From Verrucomicrobiota bacterium (GTDB taxonomy: Bacteria; Verrucomicrobiota; Verrucomicrobiia; Opitutales; Coraliomargaritaceae), in NCBI GenBank assembly GCA_039815375.1, contig JBCBZJ010000004.1, positions 32,001 to 96,000 of the forward strand: DNA of 64,000 nucleotides, read 5' to 3'. The position numbers were made by a program, and so were the translations under genes. Position 1 is the stretch's first letter; each line of letters opens with the position of its first letter. The notes below the pieces were generated by a model that did not search any database, was not told the DNA's origin, and saw only the letters and a list, made by a program, of their open reading frames with translations. This document shows, piece by piece, positions 62,873-64,000 of the stretch.

Positions 62873-63450
62873 TGCAGATCGTTTTCGTTCACGGCATCTG
62901 GGACACCGGACAAGTTTTCCGGCGCATGGCGAGCTTCCTCAAATCCTGCGGGCACGAGTGCCACACTCCAGACCTGATTCCCGCGAATGCAAAACTTGGA
63001 TTACCTGATCTCGCGCATAAGCTAAAGGCATTCATCAACGAGGATGTGGGCCCGGAATCCACCTTTGCCATGGTCGGCTTCAGTATGGGTGCGTTAATCA
63101 GTCGCTACTATCTTCAGGAGCTGGGAGGCACTGAGCAAGTAAGTCATTTTTTCAGTATTTCCGGGCCGCAGCACGGAACCCTGACCGCACATTTCTGGCT
63201 GGGTAAAGCAGCACGTGATATGCGTTTCGGCAGCCAATTTCTGGCGCAGCTAAACCGTGATACATCATCTATGGATTCGATTTCTGTCCGCACATACCGG
63301 ACACCCTTGGATCTGATGATCCTGCCGTCATCGAGTTCCAAGCTCGAAGGAGCGACGAATCGGAACTGCTACGCGGCTCTGCACCACCGGATGCTGGTCC
63401 AGCAATGTATCTTCCATGACATCGCAGAGAACTTGCCTAGTCCTGCCTGA
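62872..63450 (+). CDS. Small lipase/esterase
   Basis: FVHG, GFSMG, P.HG, D..I.P, H. Confidence 0.85.
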   Translation: MQIVFVHGIWDTGQVFRRMASFLKSCGHECHTPDLIPANAKLGLPDLAHKLKAFINEDVGPESTFAMVGFSMGALISRYYLQELGGTEQVSHFFSISGPQHGTLTAHFWLGKAARDMRFGSQFLAQLNRDTSSMDSISVRTYRTPLDLMILPSSSSKLEGATNRNCYAALHHRMLVQQCIFHDIAENLPSPA

Positions 63451-64000
63451 GGCCTGCATTAATCTCGCCCTGCTCAACGCTCGCTTCCCGCGTGGATAGA
63501 GCATTCAAACGCTCGACCAAAGAGTCCTCTACATTCGATACGTATTCGCTGCGCTCTAGCAAATCCCTTGTCTCTTCTTCGATCTTTTGTTGGCGAGCCT
63601 CCAATTCAGACTCACGCTTTTTGAATTCAGCTTCGCGCTCTGCGTTGGCCTTTTCAATCGCTTCCGTATTAATAGCATCGACATAAGCCAACTTCTCGCT
63701 GGCCGTTTTCTCCATCTCGTTGAGTTCCGAGCGGCGTGCCGCCATCTCGAGGCGCTCCTTCTCCAGTTCCTTGCGCCCTTCCTCAATCTTCTTTTCGATG
63801 TCAAGGACCTCGCGGCGGCGTTCTTCGATATACTTCCGCTCCGAAGCGGTCAGCTTTCGTTCGGACTTTACCTGAGCCGGTTGATTGCCTGCTGCCTGAC
63901 TCTGCACAAAATAGGGCACCACCATCATCCGCCAAATCATCAGGTCCACGCCCGAAAGGGTGTGAACGTTGCCTTCCTTGTCTGCAAGCTTCACTCCCTT
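63437..64000 (-). CDS. Coiled-coil hypothetical protein (partial, starts beyond the right edge)
   Basis: Frame is open to 64000; E/R/K-rich heptads. Confidence 0.65.
   Translation of the reverse strand, partial: KGVKLADKEGNVHTLSGVDLMIWRMMVVPYFVQSQAAGNQPAQVKSERKLTASERKYIEERRREVLDIEKKIEEGRKELEKERLEMAARRSELNEMEKTASEKLAYVDAINTEAIEKANAEREAEFKKRESELEARQQKIEEETRDLLERSEYVSNVEDSLVERLNALSTREASVEQGEINAGLRQD

Overview
Bacterial chromosomal window, most likely Verrucomicrobiota (Opitutales-like). This is inferred from the double-length UvrA, the PEP-CTERM proteins, oleCD and an EIIA-diadenylate cyclase fusion. The flanks (1-9.6 kb, about 30-64 kb) are mostly housekeeping and metabolic genes: uvrA, trmA, rlmD, oleCD, amtB-glnK, hemF/hemE, trpA, nuoA, fmt, hisN, SulP. 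Two accessory blocks lie between them. (1) 9.6-19.1 kb is a hotspot after uvrA. It holds a diverged duplicate of the uvrA 3' end, a nucleotidyltransferase TA-like pair, an RHH + C5-methylase + GHKL-nuclease + split HNH + Vsr cluster, an ATPase flanked by direct repeats, and a dead vapBC. (2) 21.9-30.0 kb is the most interesting part and is largely invisible to the ORF track. It is an array of 14 tRNA or tRNA-like genes behind a leader-ORF/terminator attenuator. The tRNAs have covarying non-canonical elbows, and tRNA-Pro carries a 48-nt T-loop insertion. The array also contains a CCA-ending rod hairpin RNA, other structured RNA candidates and an inverted-repeat-flanked GxxExxY nuclease. It is followed by a slipin, an unknown EEIQxDW protein and the RNA ligase RtcB, which suggests a translation-stress/RNA-repair system. 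Several short repeat families (GTAG REPs; 7-, 9- and 10-nt periodic repeats) occur across the window and also in frame inside uvrA. All calls were made by eye; no database searches were run.
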